A stretch of 34,017 nt of DNA, taken from Caldilineae bacterium. Its GTDB lineage: Bacteria > Chloroflexota > Anaerolineae > DTLA01. Of this stretch, positions 8,910 through 19,305 are shown in pieces. The position numbers were made by a program, and so were the translations under genes. The notes beneath the pieces are model-generated. The model had not been told where the DNA came from, ran no database searches, and saw only the letters and a program-made list of their open reading frames with translations. Location: NCBI GenBank assembly GCA_037446815.1, contig JBBIHX010000018.1, positions 1 through 34,017 on the forward strand, in the 5' to 3' direction. The first letter of the stretch is position 1, and every line of letters begins with the position of its first letter.

Positions 8910-10355
8910 GTGTCCGAACAGATACCCATTGAGACACTGCGTCCAACCATGCGTATGTTGTCGGACGAGCAGGTCCAGGCGATTCACAACACCAGCCTGG
9001 ACATCCTGTCTCGCACCGGTATTGTGATGAAGAACGAGAAGGCGCGGCGGCTGCTTCTGGACGCCGGCGCCTGGGAGTCGGAGGGCCGTATCAAGATACC
9101 GGAGCACCTGGTGATGAGCGCCATTGGGTCGGCGCCGTCGCGCATCCCGATGTACAACCGCCTGGGCGATTTGGTCATGCCGCTGGAGGCCGGGAACGTG
9201 TTCTTCGGCAGCGGCTCGGACTGCGTGTTCACCATTGACGTGGAGACGGGCCAGCGCCGCAAGGCCACCTATGAGGACGTGTACCGTATCGCCCGCCTGA
9301 CCGACGGCCTGGACGAGATTTCGTGCATCATGTCCATGAGCAACCCGTCGGATGTGCCGCCGCTGGATGTGTACATTCACGGGTTCATCGGCATGATTCG
9401 CGGGTCGGTGAAGCCCAACGTGTACACGGCGAACCATCGGGGCGACATGGAGGACATCTACCGCATCGCGTGCGCCGTGGCGGGCAGCGAGGAGCGCCTT
9501 CGCGAGCGGCCGTTCCTGATGTTGTACGCGGAATCCATCTCGCCGCTGCTGTATCCCGACGAGTCGGTGGACAAGTTGCTGTTCTGCGCCGAGAAGCGGA
9601 TTCCGGTTACCTATCCGCCTTCGCCGAACACGGGCGGCGGGGGGCCCATAACCCTGGCGGGCGCGCTGGCGCTGGGCAACGCCGAGTGCCTGGTGGGGCT
9701 GGTGCTGACACAGTTGGTGCGGCCGGGCACGCCGTTCCTGTACGGCATGAACACGGCCGCGCTGGACATGCGTTCGGCCATCGTCAGTTACGGCGCGCCG
9801 GAATGGCCCACGGGCATGGCGGCCTGGTGCGACATCGCGCGGTACTATGGGCTGCCCACATGGGGCGCGGCGGGCGCTAGCGACAGCAAAGTTGTGGATG
9901 CCCAGGCGGGCCTGGAAGCCGCCATCACCATCATGACGGCGTACCTGACCCGCTGCAACCTGGTGCACGATGTGGGATACATGGAATATGGCTCCACGTC
10001 GTCCATGGAGATGCTGGTCATCGCCGACGAGATCATCCGCGACGTTCGCTTCATCATGAACGGCGTGGAGGTGAGCGAGCGGACGCTGGCGCGCGAGGCG
10101 ATCCATCGGGCGACGCCCGGCGGCGGGTTCCTCGCCGATGAGCATACGCTGCGCAACTGGAAGTGGGCGCAGTTCCGTCCGCGCGTGATAGACCGCATGC
10201 GCTACGACGAGTGGGCCGCGAAGGGCGGCAAGGACATGGCGGCGCGCGCCAACGAGCGGGCACGTCGCATCGTGGCGGAGCATGAAGTCCCGCCATTGCC
10301 GGAAGCGGCCGAGGAGGAAATCGCGTCGGTGCTGCGGCGGCGGGCCGGCAAGTAG
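8910..10355 (+). CDS. Non-pyrrolysine MttB-superfamily methyltransferase, paralogue 1
   Basis: IHNTSLDILSRTGI, GGGPITLAGAL, QLVRPGTPFLYG, YGLPTWGAAGASDSKVVDAQAG, HDVGYME, PGGGFL; GTG start after AAGGGAG. Confidence 0.92.
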   Translation: MSEQIPIETLRPTMRMLSDEQVQAIHNTSLDILSRTGIVMKNEKARRLLLDAGAWESEGRIKIPEHLVMSAIGSAPSRIPMYNRLGDLVMPLEAGNVFFGSGSDCVFTIDVETGQRRKATYEDVYRIARLTDGLDEISCIMSMSNPSDVPPLDVYIHGFIGMIRGSVKPNVYTANHRGDMEDIYRIACAVAGSEERLRERPFLMLYAESISPLLYPDESVDKLLFCAEKRIPVTYPPSPNTGGGGPITLAGALALGNAECLVGLVLTQLVRPGTPFLYGMNTAALDMRSAIVSYGAPEWPTGMAAWCDIARYYGLPTWGAAGASDSKVVDAQAGLEAAITIMTAYLTRCNLVHDVGYMEYGSTSSMEMLVIADEIIRDVRFIMNGVEVSERTLAREAIHRATPGGGFLADEHTLRNWKWAQFRPRVIDRMRYDEWAAKGGKDMAARANERARRIVAEHEVPPLPEAAEEEIASVLRRRAGK

Positions 10356-10366
10356 CGGAGGATACC

Positions 10367-11806
10367 ATGGCGCGTCCAGGCCCTGAAGGCGGTCAGTACA
10401 ACCCCCTGAGTCCATGGCAGGTGGAGGAGATTCACCGCGCCTCGCTGGCCGTCCTGGAGACGACGGGGCTGCTGGTGGAGAACGAGGCGGCCTTGCGCCT
10501 GTACCACGACGGCGGCGCAACGGTGGACGGCCCGCGCGTGCGCATCCCGTCGGCGATGGTAGAGGCGGCGCTGAAGACCGTCCCGCATCGGGTGGTGCTG
10601 GCGGGTCGCGATCCCTCGCAGGACGTGGTGCTGGAAGGCAAGCGCGTGTATGCGGGCACGGGCGGCTCGCCGACGCAGGTGCTGGACCCGGGCGCGGACA
10701 CGCCGCGCGCCGGAACGCTGGGCGACCTAGCGCGCCTTGTGCGCCTTGCGGATGCGTTGGAGCATTGCGATTTCGTCGTGGCGCCTTTGTATCCCACAGA
10801 CATCCCGAAAGAGGACGTGCCCGTCAACCGATTCTACGCCTGCCTGCGCAACACGGGCAAGCATGTGATGGGCGGCGTGGATTCGGTTGCGGGCGCGCGG
10901 CAGGTGATTCGTCTGGGCGCGATGCTCGCAGGCGGGGAAGACCGCCTGCGGGCGCGCCCGTTCATCTCGGCCATCACCAGTTGGATGGTTAGCCCGCTGC
11001 GCCTGGATACGGAGGTTACCGATATCCTGCTGGAATGGTGCGCGCACGGGCTGCCGGTGGCGCTGTCGTCGGCGCCCATGGCCGGTTCCACGTCGCCGAT
11101 GACGCTGGCGGGGACGCTGGTGCAGTTGAACGCGGAGCAGTTGAGCGGCATCGTGCTGACCCAGTTGGCGCGGCCCGGCACGCCGGTGCTGGCGGGGTAC
11201 ATCCCGGGCGTGGCCGACATGAAGAGCGGCGGATACCTGAGCGGCGCGGTGGAGTTCGGGATGATGCAGGCGGCTGCGGCGCAGTTGGCCCACTTCTACG
11301 GTGTGCCCATCTACGGCTCCGGCGGCATGAGCGATGCCAAGATTCCCGATGCCCAAGCGGGGTACGAGAAGATGGCGACGTTGCTGCTGGCGGCGATGGG
11401 CGGGTGCAACTACATCCACCACGCCATCGGCATGGTTACGAACATGAGCGCGGTCTCGCTGGAGCAGGCGGTGATAGACGACGAGATCGTGGGCATGGCC
11501 ATGCGGGTGCTGCGAGGGATTGACATAACGGAAGAGACGATGGGATTGGATGCCATCGGCCGGGTTGGGCCTGGCGGCCACTACCTCATGGATGCGCACA
11601 CGGTACGGCACATGCGACGGGAGTTCTTCTACCCGCGGGTGGCCGACCGCCAGGCGCGCGCCATGTGGGAGGAAGACGGCAAGCGGGATACTCGCGCACG
11701 GGCGCAAGAACGCGTGGCTGCGTTGCTCTCGGGGTGGCAGTCGCCGCCGTGGGCGGAGGATGCGGATGCGGCCATCCGGCGCGAGTTCCACATCTGGCTG
11801 GAGTAG
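10367..11806 (+). CDS. Non-pyrrolysine MttB-superfamily methyltransferase, paralogue 2
   Basis: IHRASLAVLETTG, MAGSTSPMTLAGTLVQLNAE, SDAKIPDAQAGYEK, VGPGGHYL. Confidence 0.93.
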   Translation: MARPGPEGGQYNPLSPWQVEEIHRASLAVLETTGLLVENEAALRLYHDGGATVDGPRVRIPSAMVEAALKTVPHRVVLAGRDPSQDVVLEGKRVYAGTGGSPTQVLDPGADTPRAGTLGDLARLVRLADALEHCDFVVAPLYPTDIPKEDVPVNRFYACLRNTGKHVMGGVDSVAGARQVIRLGAMLAGGEDRLRARPFISAITSWMVSPLRLDTEVTDILLEWCAHGLPVALSSAPMAGSTSPMTLAGTLVQLNAEQLSGIVLTQLARPGTPVLAGYIPGVADMKSGGYLSGAVEFGMMQAAAAQLAHFYGVPIYGSGGMSDAKIPDAQAGYEKMATLLLAAMGGCNYIHHAIGMVTNMSAVSLEQAVIDDEIVGMAMRVLRGIDITEETMGLDAIGRVGPGGHYLMDAHTVRHMRREFFYPRVADRQARAMWEEDGKRDTRARAQERVAALLSGWQSPPWAEDADAAIRREFHIWLE

Positions 11807-11817
11807 CGCGGAAACGG

Positions 11818-12492
11818 TCAGCGGGTGGGGCCAAGGCGCCAGTTTGCGGCCTCTTCCTGCATCACGCGGTCCAGAATGGCGTCGCGGGTGGCGTTCAGTT
11901 CCTGACGGGTGAGTTCAACGGCGCGCTCCTTGTCGCGGCTGCGCAGGGCTTCTACGATGCGCCTATGGCTTTCGGGTTGGATGCGGCCGGCGTGGCGCAG
12001 CACCATGAAGCGTGCAAGGCGGTCATGGAGGCGGCCCAGGGTTTCGGCGAGTTGGTCGTTGCCGGAGGCCTTGGCGAGGAGATAGTGGAAACGGCGGTTC
12101 TCGTCGGTGTAGCGGTCGTAGGATTCGTCGTCATCGCCGGTGTAGGGGGCGTGGACGTGCTCCAACTGTTGGAGTTGCTCTTCGGTGATTCGGCCAATGG
12201 CGCGTTCCACCGCTGCGACCTCCAGGATTTCGCGGAGGTCCAGCAGGTCGCGCAGTTCCTTGAGGGTCGTATGGGTAACGAAGTAGCCCGCCCGCGACTT
12301 GATGGTTACGAGGCCCTCTTGACCCAGCATCTGCAGGGCGTCGCGCACGGGCGTAACGCTGGTGCCGTACCTGCGCGCCAGTTCGTCCACGTCCAGTTTG
12401 AGGCCGGGCCGCAGGTGGCCCATGATGATGGCGCGCCGCAACTGCTTGTAGATAACCGACTTGGATGTCTCGCCGGTCTGGGTAGTCGCCAT
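11818..12492 (-). CDS. GntR-family (FCD/FadR-type) transcriptional regulator
   Basis: ELARRYGTSVTPVRDALQML HTH; LREILE, NRRFH and SHRRIVEAL FCD motifs; AGGAGG RBS before ATG 12492. Confidence 0.93.
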   Translation of the reverse strand: MATTQTGETSKSVIYKQLRRAIIMGHLRPGLKLDVDELARRYGTSVTPVRDALQMLGQEGLVTIKSRAGYFVTHTTLKELRDLLDLREILEVAAVERAIGRITEEQLQQLEHVHAPYTGDDDESYDRYTDENRRFHYLLAKASGNDQLAETLGRLHDRLARFMVLRHAGRIQPESHRRIVEALRSRDKERAVELTRQELNATRDAILDRVMQEEAANWRLGPTR

Positions 12493-12554
12493 GGAAACCT
12501 CCTGGCGGGACGGTCCCGATAGGCCGTGCCGGTGTATGCTGTACATTCATACGT

Positions 12555-12583
12555 ATTATAGCACAAGAAACATAGAATTGCAA
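12555..12583 (-). promoter_or_regulatory. Promoter of the GntR gene
   Basis: Minus strand: TTGCAA, 17-bp spacer ending TGTGC, then TATAAT (extended -10). Confidence 0.75.
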
Positions 12584-12601
12584 CACCTTGGCGTATCTCT
12601 A

Positions 12602-12630
12602 TTGACAGGTAGCACAGCATGTGCTATAAT
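12602..12630 (+). promoter_or_regulatory. Consensus sigma70 promoter of the ABC/hut operon
   Basis: TTGACA (12602-12607), 17-bp spacer, TG-n-TATAAT (12625-12630). Confidence 0.88.
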
Positions 12631-12883
12631 TGATGTATCAGGTCGCTGCCTGCGTGTCGCTTTGCCCCACCTGGCGGCGCGCGTACAGCCACGAGCCTAG
12701 CGAGCGGTTTCCATCGGTCCCACGGTTCGCATTGGCGATGTCATCCCGTTTTGCAGTCCCCTAGCGGGTAGAAAGGAGGTGCTCCGCCGGAGATTCTTGC
12801 GCTGACTCAGTGTCGGAACCGACGAAGGTTCCCGAACCCCACCGCAGTGGGCAGATTCTCTACACGATGAGGAGGAGTATCTG

Positions 12884-14611
12884 ATGGAGATCATCAAGAA
12901 GGATGAGACGCAGCACGAGCACCCGTACATCCCCGAACTGAAGGAACTGTACAAGAAGGGGAGGATCACGCGCCGCGAGTTCCTTCGCAACGCAACGCTG
13001 CTGGGCATGTCTCTGGCCAGCGCCACCGCATTCCTGTCCGCGTGCGGCACGAAGGCGACCCCTGCGCCAACCACTGCACCCACGAAGCCGCCTGCCGCTC
13101 AGCCGACCCCTGTTCCGCCCACGGCCACGCCCAAGCCGGCAGGCCCGAAGCGCGGCGGCACCATGACCATCGCCACCCGCGTGCCCCGCGTGGATCACCC
13201 CGCGCGCCTGTCCTGGATTGAAGGCGTGAACCAGTTCCGCCAGGTCTGCGAGTACCTCACGTACACCGACTACGACAACATCACACATCCCTGGCTGCTG
13301 GAGAAGTGGGAGGCCGATGCCGAGGTCAAGGAGTGGACACTCTACGTCCGCAAGGGCATCAAGTTCAACAACGGGCAGGAACTGACCGCCGACGATGTCA
13401 TCTTCAACTTCCAGCAGTGGCTGGACAAGGATGTGGGTTCGTCCATGTTGGGCCTGCTCAGCTACTTGCAGCCCACCGGCATTGAGAAGGTGGACGACTA
13501 CACCATCAAGTTGCACCTGGATTCGCCGCAGATCGCCGTGCCCGAGCACCTGTTCCACTATCCCGCGATGATCGTCCCGCGCACGTTTGAGGGCGACATC
13601 ACCAAGCAGCCCATCGGCACGGGGCCGTTCCTGCTGGAAGAGTTCCGCGAGACGGAGCGGGCTGTGTTCCGCCGCCGCGAGGACTACTGGCTCATGGCCG
13701 ACGACGGCAAGCCCTACCCCTACCTGGATCGCTTGGTCTACCTGGACCTGGGGCAGGACGACGCCGCCCGCATCGCCGCCATGCAGAGCGGGCAGGTGGA
13801 CAACATCTTCAACCCGTCGGCGGAAATCTGGCAGGCGGTGAAGGACTTGCCCACGGTAACCGTCTACTCCACGGCCACCGCTCAGACCTTTGTCATCCGC
13901 ATGCGCGTGGACAAGGAGCCGTGGAACGATAACCGCGTGCGCCTCGCGCTCAAGAAGTGCATTGACCGCCAGAAGATGCTGGACCTGGCCTGGTTTGGCG
14001 AGGGCGTCCTGGGCCACGACGCGCACGTTGCGCCGATTCACCCCGAGTACTGCCCGAAAGACATCCCGGCCTACGATCCGGAAGGCGCCAAGAAGTTGCT
14101 GGCCGAAGCGGGCTATCCCAACGGGTTGACGGTGCAGTTGTCCACGCAGCAGGCGCGCGCCGAACCGGCCATGGCGCAGGCGCTGCGCGAGTCGGCGGCC
14201 GCGGGCGGGTTTGACATCCAACTCAACATCCTGCCCTCGGCGCAGTACTGGGACATCTGGACCGAGGTCCCGCTGGGCATCACCATCTGGGCGCACCGTC
14301 CGCTGGGCACCATGGTGCTGGCGCTGGCCTACACCGCCGACGATACCGGCAAGCCCGTGCCCTGGAACGAGACCTACTGGGTGGATTCGGAGTTCACGAC
14401 GCTGCTCAAGGAAGCCGAGCGGACGCTGGATGTGGAGAAGCGCCGCGCTATCATGTGCAAACTGGAGGACATCCAGATGGAGCGCGGCTCGGTCGGAATT
14501 GCGTTCTGGACCAATGTCTGGTACATTGCCAACAAGAAGTTCAAAAACGTGGGCGCGCACCCGACCAACTACGACATCCTGTACAACGCTTGGTTTGACC
14601 CGGAGGCGTAG
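12884..14611 (+). CDS. ABC transporter substrate-binding lipoprotein, family 5 (DppA/OppA-like), Tat-exported
   Basis: ITRREFLRNA twin-arginine motif, lipobox FLSAC, P/T/A linker, KFNNGQELTADDV, PIGTGPF, AKKLLAEAGYPNG; GAGGAGGAG RBS. Confidence 0.93.
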   Translation: MEIIKKDETQHEHPYIPELKELYKKGRITRREFLRNATLLGMSLASATAFLSACGTKATPAPTTAPTKPPAAQPTPVPPTATPKPAGPKRGGTMTIATRVPRVDHPARLSWIEGVNQFRQVCEYLTYTDYDNITHPWLLEKWEADAEVKEWTLYVRKGIKFNNGQELTADDVIFNFQQWLDKDVGSSMLGLLSYLQPTGIEKVDDYTIKLHLDSPQIAVPEHLFHYPAMIVPRTFEGDITKQPIGTGPFLLEEFRETERAVFRRREDYWLMADDGKPYPYLDRLVYLDLGQDDAARIAAMQSGQVDNIFNPSAEIWQAVKDLPTVTVYSTATAQTFVIRMRVDKEPWNDNRVRLALKKCIDRQKMLDLAWFGEGVLGHDAHVAPIHPEYCPKDIPAYDPEGAKKLLAEAGYPNGLTVQLSTQQARAEPAMAQALRESAAAGGFDIQLNILPSAQYWDIWTEVPLGITIWAHRPLGTMVLALAYTADDTGKPVPWNETYWVDSEFTTLLKEAERTLDVEKRRAIMCKLEDIQMERGSVGIAFWTNVWYIANKKFKNVGAHPTNYDILYNAWFDPEA

Positions 14612-14653
14612 TACGGGTCGCACGCGTGGGTTTGTGTCCGCGTGATGGGTTAC

Positions 14654-14690
14654 TCGGCTCCCATGCTCGCACGTCGGGCATGGGAGCCGA
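14654..14690. repeat. 16-bp stem-loop downstream of the binding-protein gene
   Basis: TCGGCTCCCATGCTCG-cacgt-CGGGCATGGGAGCCGA, one G-U pair, no U-tract. Confidence 0.7.
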
Positions 14691-14769
14691 ATCTGAGCGG
14701 AGACGCGGCTCACCACCAACGAGCCTGGCGGCCGCTGGCGCGGATTCGGTTCCAAAGGCTGTTGGTACC

Positions 14770-14843
14770 CGTCATTGCGAGGGCACGCAGTGCGCGAAGC
14801 AATCTCCGGGGCGTGCGATTGCTTCGCTTCGCTCGCAATGACG
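14770..14843. repeat. Bipartite REP-like inverted repeat (GTCATTGCGAG...CTCGCAATGAC)
   Basis: 12-bp perfect terminal IR CGTCATTGCGAG / CTCGCAATGACG, with internal CGAAGCAATC / GATTGCTTCG arms. Confidence 0.8.
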
Positions 14844-14934
14844 CACGAGGCGAGTGCGCCTACGGTTCACCAACACAAGATGAAACCGACTCCTAACGCG
14901 TGGTGAGCCTGAACTTGTGCAGCAAGGGAGTAGC

Positions 14935-16236
14935 ATGGCCAAGTATATCCTGCGCCGAATCGGATTCATGCTCTTGACAATGCTCCTCGTCTCCATTGCC
15001 ATCTTCCTTATCTCGGAGGTGGCGCCTGGGGATGTGGCGCGGCACATCCTGGGCCAGTTTGCGACGCCGGAACAGGTGGAATTGCTGCGCGACCAGATGG
15101 GCCTGGACCAGAACGTGGCGGTCCGCTATCTGGACTGGCTGGTGGGCAACGACTGGCGGCTGTGGCGGCTGGTTGGCAAGCCCTTGCGATATACCAAAGT
15201 GGGCCAGTACGATAGCCCATCCTGGTACGCGGTGGAGGCCGACGGCACGCTCAAGCAGTGGCGCATGAAGAAGGGCACGGGCCTTGTAGAGATTCGGATC
15301 CAGCCCGACGGAACCCGCGAGGAGGTCCTGTTTGAGGGCTGGCAAGTCGCGGAGGATGGCAGCGAAATCTTCTGGGGCGTGGACACGGCCGACCACGTGG
15401 TGCTGTGGCGCAAGGGCGAAGAGGCGCAGAAGGTGGGGCCCGCCTCTGCCGGCCGCACGATGACCGAGGCCAGCGGCGTGGAATACTATCCGCTGCGGAA
15501 AGGCCTGCTCCGCGGCGACCCGGGCATCTCGCTGCGCACCAACAAGCCGGTGGGGCCTACGCTTGTGCGGCGGCTGCGCAACTCCTTTGTCTTGGCGGGC
15601 ATTGCATTCATTATCATTATGCCGATTGCGCTGCTCCTCGGCATCCTGGCGGGCCTGAAGGAAGGGCGCGCGCTGGATCGCACCATCTCCATTTTCAGTC
15701 TTGTTACCACATCCGTGCCCGAATTCGCCAGCGGGGTGTTTCTCATCCTGCTGTTCGCGTTCTGGCTCAAGGTGCTGCCCGGCGCGACGGTGTTCGTGAG
15801 CGATGTGGCGCCGTACATGCAGCCGAAGTTGCTGATCCTGCCCGTGCTGACGCTGACATTGGTTGAGGTGGGCTACGTTACCCGCATGACGCGCGCCAGC
15901 ATGATAGAAGTCATGAACGCGCCCTATATCCGCACGGCGTTCCTGAAGGGCTTGCCCTACTGGCGCATCGTGTTCAAGCACGCCGTGCGCAACGCGCTGA
16001 TGGCCCCGATCACGGTCATCATGCTTCACGTGAACTGGCTCATCGGCGGCATCGTCGTCGTGGAGTCGGTGTTCGGCTACCCGGGCCTGGGCATGTATAT
16101 GCTGGATTCGGCGCTGTTCAAGGATATCAATGCGATTGAAGCGGGGGCCATGGTGATGGTGGCCCTGGCCGTGGGGACGCAGTTGGTGGCGGACATTATC
16201 TACACATTCCTCAATCCACGCATTCGTTACACGTAG
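14935..16236 (+). CDS. ABC transporter permease (DppB/OppB-like) with a large extracytoplasmic insertion
   Basis: YILRRI, APGDVA, RGDPGISL, YIRTAFLKGL EAA loop, HAVRNAL, VVESVFGYPGLG; AAGGGAG RBS before ATG 14935. Confidence 0.92.
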   Translation: MAKYILRRIGFMLLTMLLVSIAIFLISEVAPGDVARHILGQFATPEQVELLRDQMGLDQNVAVRYLDWLVGNDWRLWRLVGKPLRYTKVGQYDSPSWYAVEADGTLKQWRMKKGTGLVEIRIQPDGTREEVLFEGWQVAEDGSEIFWGVDTADHVVLWRKGEEAQKVGPASAGRTMTEASGVEYYPLRKGLLRGDPGISLRTNKPVGPTLVRRLRNSFVLAGIAFIIIMPIALLLGILAGLKEGRALDRTISIFSLVTTSVPEFASGVFLILLFAFWLKVLPGATVFVSDVAPYMQPKLLILPVLTLTLVEVGYVTRMTRASMIEVMNAPYIRTAFLKGLPYWRIVFKHAVRNALMAPITVIMLHVNWLIGGIVVVESVFGYPGLGMYMLDSALFKDINAIEAGAMVMVALAVGTQLVADIIYTFLNPRIRYT

Positions 16237-16278
16237 TCGGGGGCGGTCGGATATGCTAGGACGTAAGGAGAGAGGCGC

Positions 16279-17163
<885 letters not shown>

Positions 17164-17211
17164 CCGTGCGACTTTGGGCGCGAGTAGAACCGACATGAGA
17201 GGCAAGAGGGA

Positions 17212-19290
17212 ATGCAGCAAGCGCGTAGTGCTCCGATCCTGAGGGTGCAGGACCTGGCCATCGCCTACGAGACGCGCAAAGGCGATGTGGCCGCGGTGCG
17301 CAATGTGTCGTTTGAGATACGCCGCGGCGAGACCCTGGGCATCGTCGGCGAGTCGGGCTGCGGCAAAAGCACCGTGGCCTTCGGCATCGTCAACTTCCTG
17401 GGGCGGAATGGGCGCATCACCAACGGGCGCATCATCTTCCAGGGCCAGGACCTGGTGGGGCGCTCGGAAGAGGAACTGCGGCGGTTGCGCGGCGACCGCA
17501 TTGCCATGGTGTACCAGGACCCGATGCAGGCGCTGAACCCGTCGCTGCGCATCGGCGAGCAACTGAGCGAGGTGCTGGTGGTGCACCGAGGCATGAAGCG
17601 CAAAGAGGCCGAGGATCGGTGCATCCAGATGCTGCAGCGCGTGTACATGCCCGACCCGGCCAACGTTATGCGGCGCTACCCGCACCAACTGTCGGGCGGC
17701 CAGCAACAGCGTGTGGTCATCGCCATGGCGCTGCTCAACGACCCGGCGCTCCTCATCATGGACGAGCCCACCACGGCGCTGGACGTTACCGTGGAGGCGG
17801 CGGTCCTGGACCTGGTGGAGGAACTCCAGAAGGACTTTGACACTGCCATCATGTACATCAGCCACAACCTGGGCGTCATCGCCCGCGTGTCGGATAGGGT
17901 GGGGGTGATGTACGCGGGCGAGTTGGTAGAGCGCGCCTCGGTGGAGGAGGTGTTCCTGCGGCCGCACCATCCGTACACGCAGGGGCTGATGCGCTGCGTG
18001 CCCAGGCTGGGCATGGACAAGGCCAGCAGTTACCTGTATCCCATCAAGGGACGGGTTCCGCCGCCGGACCACCTGCCGCCGGGCTGCATCTTTGAGCCTC
18101 GCTGCCCCTACGCGCGGCCCGAATGTTGCCAGAGCCGGCCCGAACTTCGCCAGGTGGCCGATGGCCATTGGGCGCGCTGCCTGTTCGCCGAGGAGGTGGC
18201 GCAATCGGCCTGGGCGCCGCCGGAAGAGGTGCCTGTCCGTCTGCCTGTTGCACAGGCGACCGCGGACGAGAAGCCGCTGCTCCGCGTCCGCAACGCCCGC
18301 ACGTACTACGAGGTGCCGTCTCGCCAGATCATGGGGCGCAAGCAGGTGGTGAAGGCGGTGGACGGCGTGAGCGTGGAGGTGAGGCGCGGCCAGACGCTGG
18401 GCATCGTCGGCGAATCGGGCTGCGGCAAGACGACGCTGGTGAAGACCATCGTGGGCATGGAGAAGCCGACAGGCGGCGAGTTTGAGTTCATGGGCGTGGA
18501 CATCTCGGTGCCGGTTGCGCAGCGGAGCGTGGAGGTCATCCGCAACCTGCAGATGGTGTTCCAGAACCCGGATTCTACGCTGAACCCGTCGTTCAGCGTG
18601 GGGCAGCAGATCGCCTGGCCGCTGCGTCGCTTCCGGAAGGTGCCCCGCAATCAGGTCCGCGCCGAGGTGGTCCGCCTGCTGGAGATGATGAAACTGGGCG
18701 AGCGGTACTACGATCGCTTGCCCCGCCAACTGAGCGGCGGGGAGAAGCAGCGGGTGGGCATCGCACGGGCCATCGCAGGGTTGCCGGCGCTGGTGCTGTG
18801 CGACGAGCCGGTGTCGGCGCTGGATGTGTCGGTGCAGGCGGCGGTGCTAAACCTGTTGCTGGAGATTCAGGCGGGACTTGGCACGACGATGGTCTTCATC
18901 GCCCACGACTTGAGCGTGGTGCGCTTTTTCTGCGACTACATCGCGGTCATGTACCTGGGGCACGTGGTGGAATTTGGGCCGGCGGAGGCGATTTACGCGC
19001 CGCCGTACCATCCCTACACCGAGGCGCTCCTGTCGGCGGTGCCTTTCCCCGACCCGACGGTGGAGCAGAAGAGCATTCGCTTGAGCGGCACCGTGCCCAG
19101 CGCGCTGAACCCACCCAGCGGCTGCCGATTCCACACGCGGTGCCCGCGCAAACTGGGCGATATCTGCGAGCGAGAGACCCCGCCATGGCAGGAGGCCGGC
19201 AACGGGCATCGGATTTTCTGCCACATTCCGCTGGACGAACTGCGGAAGGTGGAGGCGGTGGTCGTCGCGCCGAGAAAAAACGAGAACTAG
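17212..19290 (+). CDS. Fused dual-domain ABC ATPase (DppD-DppF-like)
   Basis: Two GESGCGK Walker A motifs, LSGGQQQR and LSGGEKQR signatures, two Cys-rich oligopeptide-ABC C-terminal domains (GCxFxxRC). Confidence 0.95.
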   Translation: MQQARSAPILRVQDLAIAYETRKGDVAAVRNVSFEIRRGETLGIVGESGCGKSTVAFGIVNFLGRNGRITNGRIIFQGQDLVGRSEEELRRLRGDRIAMVYQDPMQALNPSLRIGEQLSEVLVVHRGMKRKEAEDRCIQMLQRVYMPDPANVMRRYPHQLSGGQQQRVVIAMALLNDPALLIMDEPTTALDVTVEAAVLDLVEELQKDFDTAIMYISHNLGVIARVSDRVGVMYAGELVERASVEEVFLRPHHPYTQGLMRCVPRLGMDKASSYLYPIKGRVPPPDHLPPGCIFEPRCPYARPECCQSRPELRQVADGHWARCLFAEEVAQSAWAPPEEVPVRLPVAQATADEKPLLRVRNARTYYEVPSRQIMGRKQVVKAVDGVSVEVRRGQTLGIVGESGCGKTTLVKTIVGMEKPTGGEFEFMGVDISVPVAQRSVEVIRNLQMVFQNPDSTLNPSFSVGQQIAWPLRRFRKVPRNQVRAEVVRLLEMMKLGERYYDRLPRQLSGGEKQRVGIARAIAGLPALVLCDEPVSALDVSVQAAVLNLLLEIQAGLGTTMVFIAHDLSVVRFFCDYIAVMYLGHVVEFGPAEAIYAPPYHPYTEALLSAVPFPDPTVEQKSIRLSGTVPSALNPPSGCRFHTRCPRKLGDICERETPPWQEAGNGHRIFCHIPLDELRKVEAVVVAPRKNEN

Positions 19291-19305
19291 AGGGAGTGTA
19301 GAAGT

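Noticed and set aside
12637..12883. Cobalamin, SAM or THF riboswitch
   Set aside because: The conserved cores of these riboswitches were not recognisable by eye; an Rfam scan is needed to exclude them.
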